Below are positions 42,331 to 64,000 of a DNA stretch of 64,000 nucleotides, piece by piece (position 1 is the stretch's first letter; each line of letters begins with the position of its first letter). A model generated the notes under the pieces. The model did no database searches. It was not told where the DNA came from and saw only the letters and a list, made by a program, of their open reading frames with translations. The stretch is from positions 1-64,000 of the forward strand of contig CAVNZM010000006.1 in assembly GCA_963693365.1 (NCBI GenBank). Reading direction: 5' to 3'. Origin of the DNA: Amoebidium appalachense (Eukaryota; Protista; Ichthyosporea). The translations under genes and the position numbers were made by a program.

Positions 42331-45300
42331 CTACTTCTCCTCGTGTCCCTCCTTCTCCTCCCTGCCCGTCTGCTGCACCGCCTGGCCATAAGCACTCCTA
42401 TGGCGCCTACGCAGCTCCGCATATGTGATGGTGGGCGCAGGTGGGGGGGTGCTCTCAGCCCTGTGCCTGCCCTCCAGCCGGGCCCTCTCCTCCCCCTCCC
42501 CCCCATACGGGTTGGCCCTGTGTCCCCCCAGACTGTCTGTGTCCCTCCTTGCCAGCCGGCCCAGGGTTCTGCCCTCACCGTCACCACTGCCCTCCTGCTG
42601 CCGCTCCTCCCTCCCCCTAAACCCATCGTAGACCCCCCCCGTCTTGGCCGAATATTTGTCCCCGTCGTCCCCCTGCACCCCCTCTGTGCCCTCCCCCTGC
42701 AGGCCCAATGCCATGGGGGTGCTATCGGGCAGGGGGGGGTACTTATCCTCCATCTCCGGTATGGCCGTGGCCTGAGAAGGGGGGCTGGGGGCCGGTGGCT
42801 GGCCGGTGGGTGGTGGGTGGGGCTGGTGGGGGGATGGGGTGGGTGCTGGGGTGGTGGGGGTGGCTGCATGCTGCGGCGTATGCCTGCAGAAGGGGTTGGG
42901 GTGGGGTGGGGGGGGGGGTGGAGGATGAGGTTAGGCCGCGCAGAGGGATGCGTAGGGGATGGAGAGATAAAATATGAGGCACAGATGTTGGCTGTGGCTG
43001 CCGGGAGTGACCTTAGGCATGCACAGATGCAGGGGGGGGGGGGGGGGGGGGGGGAGGGGGGAGGGATGATGTGTGCACTGGAGGGTTAGATTAAGGGAAG
43101 TCGAGCCATTGAAAGAAAAAACAAAACGTCAAAAAAACAAAGACCCCCCCCCCCCCCCCCCCCCCCCGACACAAATTCACACACACCCACCCACCACCAC
43201 CACACACACACACACATACAAAATTAAAAAATAAATAAATAAATAAATAAAGGGTGCAGGCAAGAGACACTTGAACAGGCAACATGGCTCCAGTTCTCAC
43301 CCCAAGCATACTTTGCCCCCCACAACCTAACTCTGTCCCCCCCCCCCCCCCCCCTCCCCTCCCTCCCCCCTGGGCATTGCCAATCCCCACCACCACCACC
43401 AACTCTTCCCCACACAATCCTGGCCCCCTTCTCCCCCCCCCCCCCCCCCTCCCCCTCACACGCGCACACACCCACGCACCCACCCGCCCACAGCCCCACC
43501 TCTTGCCCTTAGCCTCCTCCTGCTGGCGCCTGAAGTGGTCGGCCAGTGCCGAGTTTTCCAGCGCCATGATGTCGGCCATACACTGCGCCCGTGACGTCAT
43601 GCCCCCGGCCTTGAACGCGTAGTAGGCAACAAACGGCAGGATCGAGACACGCGCTAGCGGCCGCTGGTCCGGCCGAATGGCCTTGGCTGGGCGTGGTGTG
43701 TGGGTGTGTGTGTGGGTTGGTGGATATGGTGTGCATAGCAGCTTGTGGTTGGATGTTGTAGGCACAACAGTGTATGCAGACGTGTGCATATGGCCGTGCA
43801 TTTCAGTGTGTGTGCATATGGGGGTGTGTTTTCGTGGGGTAGGGTGCATATGGGGGTGTGTTTTCATCAGTGTGTGCATGTACACGTGTAGCAAATCTAG
43901 CAATGCCCGGTGCCTGGAGGATTAAAGCAGGAAAAAGAGGAGGTGCCGGGGGAGGGGGGGGGGGGGGGGGGGGGGGGAGGGGGGAGGGGGCGGGGGCGGA
44001 GGGGGAGTTGGGGTTCTATGATACTCTAAAGGAACACAAAACAGACTCGACTGTGCACACAGGCAACACACCTATCTGCTAGCGCAGCATCCCCAACAGA
44101 GAACACGGCATCCACACAGCACCCACACAGCGCCCATCGCAACAGACAAAAGCCACACCCCTTCCCTTTTTCTCGATGTTGGCCTTCTAAGGTGTCCCCC
44201 CCCCCCCTCCCCCCCCCCCCCCCCCCCTTCTCCCCCCCTCCCCGCCCCCCGTGGACCCCCTTGCCACACCCCTTCCTCTGCTGAGAATGCACGGGCCGAA
44301 AAAAAAAACTCAGCATAGAAAGCTGTGATCACCAAAAATCCTCCCTCCCCCCCCCCCCCCCCCAAAAAAAAAAAAAAAAAACAAACAAACAAACAAACAA
44401 ACACCACCACCATCGCGTCACGACTGCCCCACACATGCCAAGCACAACCAAGAAAGCACTACTCAGAAACATCGCCAAAGCATGGGCCTCCATATCACCA
44501 AATCGTAGAGCTCAAAGAAACCCCTTATATGTCAAGTATCCTCCCTCCCTCCCTCCCCCCCCCCCCCCCCCCCCCTCCCCCCCCCCCCTCCCCCCCCCTC
44601 ACTCCCCCCTCCCCCCCCCCCCCCCCCCCCCGGTCAACCCCCTCTCGTAGGTCCCCTTCACCCTCCAAACATGTCCGTTTCCTCCTACCCCACCCCTCTA
44701 GCCGTGTTACCACACCCACCCACCCCACGTGCACCCACCTGTGCTTATGGCCCAGTTGGTGAGCGCCACTGCAAGGGCTGCTGCCCCTGACCCTGTGACC
44801 CGTAGCACGTGTTGAGGGGTGTGGAAGGGGAAGTTATATGCCCCCTAGTGTGTGTATGTGGGTGCAATGAAAGGGAAATGTGCCCATGGCGTGTGACTAA
44901 GCGTATGCCAGAGGGGTTCTAAGCTCCATAGGACGTAGTGGTGGTTCGTGGGTGTGTTCTACGTCCTTCCGTACCCCCACTCTCTAGCAGGTACCTTGCA
45001 CCTTAGCTTCAGAAAAATCCTCCGGCCATCTTGTTCTCGCAGTACCAGCAAGCACTGTAACTGAGAACAGGGCAGTGCATGCAGAAGAATGATCTGGAAG
45101 CTTGTTTGGAATATAGCTGGTGGCACTGAATGGGGAGGCGTGGACAGAGGTGCTGTAGCAAGGAGGGAAGAGAGCAGCGGGGGAAGGAGCACACGGGAAG
45201 GGTAGGGGCGGGCCTTTCTTTTGGCTAATGGGGGAGGGGGGAAGGGGGGTGGGAGCGGGCTGGACTGGTGCAGGGAGGGGAGTGAGCGAAGCAGGGCCAA

Positions 45301-45537
45301 GCACCTCTCTTTATGAACTCTGTCTCACACCTCCGCAGCACGGCCTGCTCGGGTGCCGTCAGCTGCCCAAACGACAGCCCCTGCTCGGCCAGGCTGCCGC
45401 TGCCCAGCCCACCAGGCCGCTGGACCTCCCTGGGCTCTGTGGGGGCCTGCAAAGGGTATGTGAGTGCCTGCCGCTTGGAATAGATGGGCACAAGGGTGTG
45501 TGGTACGCACCTGGCTGGGCGCGCTGTCGGTAGACAT
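42331..45537 (-). CDS. OCIAD1: OCIA-domain protein (OCIAD1/asrij-like)
   Basis: Phase-consistent exons 45537-45511, 45446-45305, 44792-44739, 43686-43500 and 42883-42331. Segments LTAPEQAVLRRCETEFIKR, two hydrophobic helices, CMADIMALENSALADHFR and ITYAELRRRHR resemble my recollection of OCIAD1 (C.EKF..LENSPLGE.LR; ITYEELR.KNR). Confidence 0.75.
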
Positions 45538-46106
45538 GGTGTGTTGGGCCTGCCCAGGCTGATAATAGAAAACAAGTGGCACACGCTGTCAGCAACAAGA
45601 GGCAGGAACGTAAAGGCACATAGGAGAAACACCGTGGCTAGTGAACTTAGTAACTCTCACGGGTGCACGGACATAGGCAGGTAGCAGGTACTAACGGAGC
45701 AGGTAAATGGAAAAGTACTACTGCGCCTACTGCGCGCACGACCTTCTCAGGATCAAGAGGCCGTGCCCCACATACCTGATGGTGCGTTCCGGGCCAATGA
45801 CTGCAAGCCACAAGAAGCAGAGGCTACCATAGCAGGCTAGGTTTACATGCTCTTGATTGGTATAGATTTACGCAATTTTGTGATATCACATTTGGACCAA
45901 TTGGAATGGTCACGGCGTGCACTATGGCATTTTCAAACCCAGTCTGTGTTATGCACGTGGATGCGCTATTAGGCCGTGTTCAAGCCTTGTGTTGCTGTTT
46001 TCTGTGCCTGTGGTGTGTATGTAGGGGCGTGCACTCCTTAGAAGTGACAGTGCATCTATAATAGCTCGCTGGTAGGGTGGTCTAAGGCGCTAGGCGCACA
46101 GCAAAT

Positions 46107-53254
<7,148 letters not shown>

Positions 53255-53890
53255 GGGGTTTGAGGGGGCGTGCTGTGCACGTGTGTGTGTAGGTGCATGC
53301 GTGGTGGGCTTCTTTTTTTATTAGGTTCAGTTGATGAAACCAAGTGGAGAGGAAGACATGTGTGCATGGGCCACCACCAGCATACAGGGTCAGATGTGAA
53401 AGGTTTGTTAGGGTACACGTGTTTATTAGTTGATGGATGGGTACATATGTTTACTAGTGGACAGGTGATTTATACGTATACTGATTGATAGGTGGGTACA
53501 TGTAATCACTAATGCATTTACCATAGTTGAGGTGGGGCAGTGTCATGCCACACACATGTGCTTACTATATTTGGTGTGGCCGGTACCCACCACTGCCTTA
53601 TGTCCCACCTACCCACAACCATCAAGTGCAAATATACATCAGTCTTTGCCATTCATTCGGTGCCACACACATACATTGCAAAAACTACTTGATATACACC
53701 CCCCCCCACCCATTTCTCTCAGACCACTACAAAACAACAAGAAAACTCCGGGAAAATTTTAAAAAAAAAAAAACCCCCCACCAGCACCGCACACCCACAC
53801 ATACATGCAGGTACCCGCAAAGCCATAGTTATACGTCTACCCCCCCCCCCCCCCCTCGAGATCCCCCCCCTCTCTATCCTCACACGGGCA

Positions 53891-63108
<9,218 letters not shown>

Positions 63109-63151
63109 CTGGGGGGGGCATGTGGTCCGTGCGCCGAGAATAGCGCACAGC

Positions 63152-63785
63152 AAAGCACTTGCTGTGGGGGTCTGTGTGAGTTAAAGCACTTGCTGAGGGG
63201 GTCTATGTGAGTAAAAGTGTTTGATGGGGGGGTCTATGTGAGTAAAAGCATTTGATGGGGGGGTCTATGTGAGTAAAAGCACTTGCTGGGGGGGTCTACG
63301 TGAGTAAAAGCACTTGCTGAGAAGGTCTATGTGAGTAAAAGCACTTGCTGGGGGGGTCTATGTGAGTAAAAGCACTTGCTGGGGGGTCTATGTGAGTAAA
63401 AGCACTTGCTGGGGGGGTCTATGTGAGTAAAAGCACTTGCTGGGGGGGGTCTGTGAGTAAAAGCACTTGCTGGGGGGTCTATGTGAGTAAAAGCACTTGC
63501 TGGGGGGGTCTATGTGAGTAAAAGCACTTGATGAGGGGGTCTGTGTGACTAAATAATGACTAAATGCACTTGCTGGGGGGGGGGTCTATGTGAGTAAATG
63601 CACTTGCTGGGGAGGTCTATGTGAGTAAATGCACTTGCTGGGGGGGGGTCTATGTGAGTAAAAGCACTTGCTGGGGGGGTCTATGTGAGTAAAAGCACTT
63701 GCTGGGGGGGGTCTATGTGAGTAAAAGCACTTGCTGGGGGGGTCTATGTGAGTAAAAGCACTTGCTGGGGGGGTCTATGTGAGTG
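63152..63785. repeat. Minisatellite, ~31-33-bp unit, in a TOP6B intron
   Basis: AAAGCACTTGCTG(G)nTCTATGTGAGTA tandem. Confidence 0.95.
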
Positions 63786-63954
63786 GTGCACAGCAGTAAA
63801 TGTGTGCGCATGTGCTCCTGTGCGCACTTCTGTATGCGGTGAAAGTCTGTGTGTGCACATGTGTGTGTGTGTGTAGGGGGGGGGGGGGGGGGGGAGAAGG
63901 GGGGTTTGCTTGCCTGCGTGCATGCATGTGCATGTGCACATGTGCACATGTGTC

Positions 63955-64000
<46 letters not shown>

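Noticed and set aside
44995-45060. Extra in-frame 66-nt exon in the OCIAD1-like gene
   Set aside because: It has AG/GT borders, but the OCIA spacing fits better without it and no transcript evidence is available.

Overview
Eukaryotic nuclear DNA with dense introns rich in (CA/GT)n microsatellites, poly-G/poly-C runs and intron-specific minisatellites. The gene content (WASP, an OCIA-domain protein and a plant-type topoisomerase VI B) suggests a unicellular opisthokont or holozoan; this is inference. Hand-spliced genes in order: the 3' part of an unknown coiled-coil gene (+), an RluA-family pseudouridine synthase (RPUSD2/RIB2-like, +), WASP (-), OCIAD1-like (-), RBM34/Nop12 (+) and the 3' part of TOP6B (-). 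About 20 kb between WASP and OCIAD is a three-layer nested island. An unclassified host carries two divergent coiled-coil ORFs and flanking repeat arrays. A full-length, degenerate APE-RT LINE with a 10-bp TSD is inserted between those ORFs. The LINE is itself hit by a probable solo LTR and by a young Ty1/copia element with near-identical LTRs and a 5-bp TSD. The main findings are a hidden AT-AC minor-spliceosome (U12-type) intron in RBM34, 3' splice sites that lack polypyrimidine tracts, intron minisatellites seeded from exon/splice-site junctions, and the unclassified two-gene host element. Homopolymer and microsatellite length errors may explain some frameshifts. All calls come from manual reading; no searches were run.
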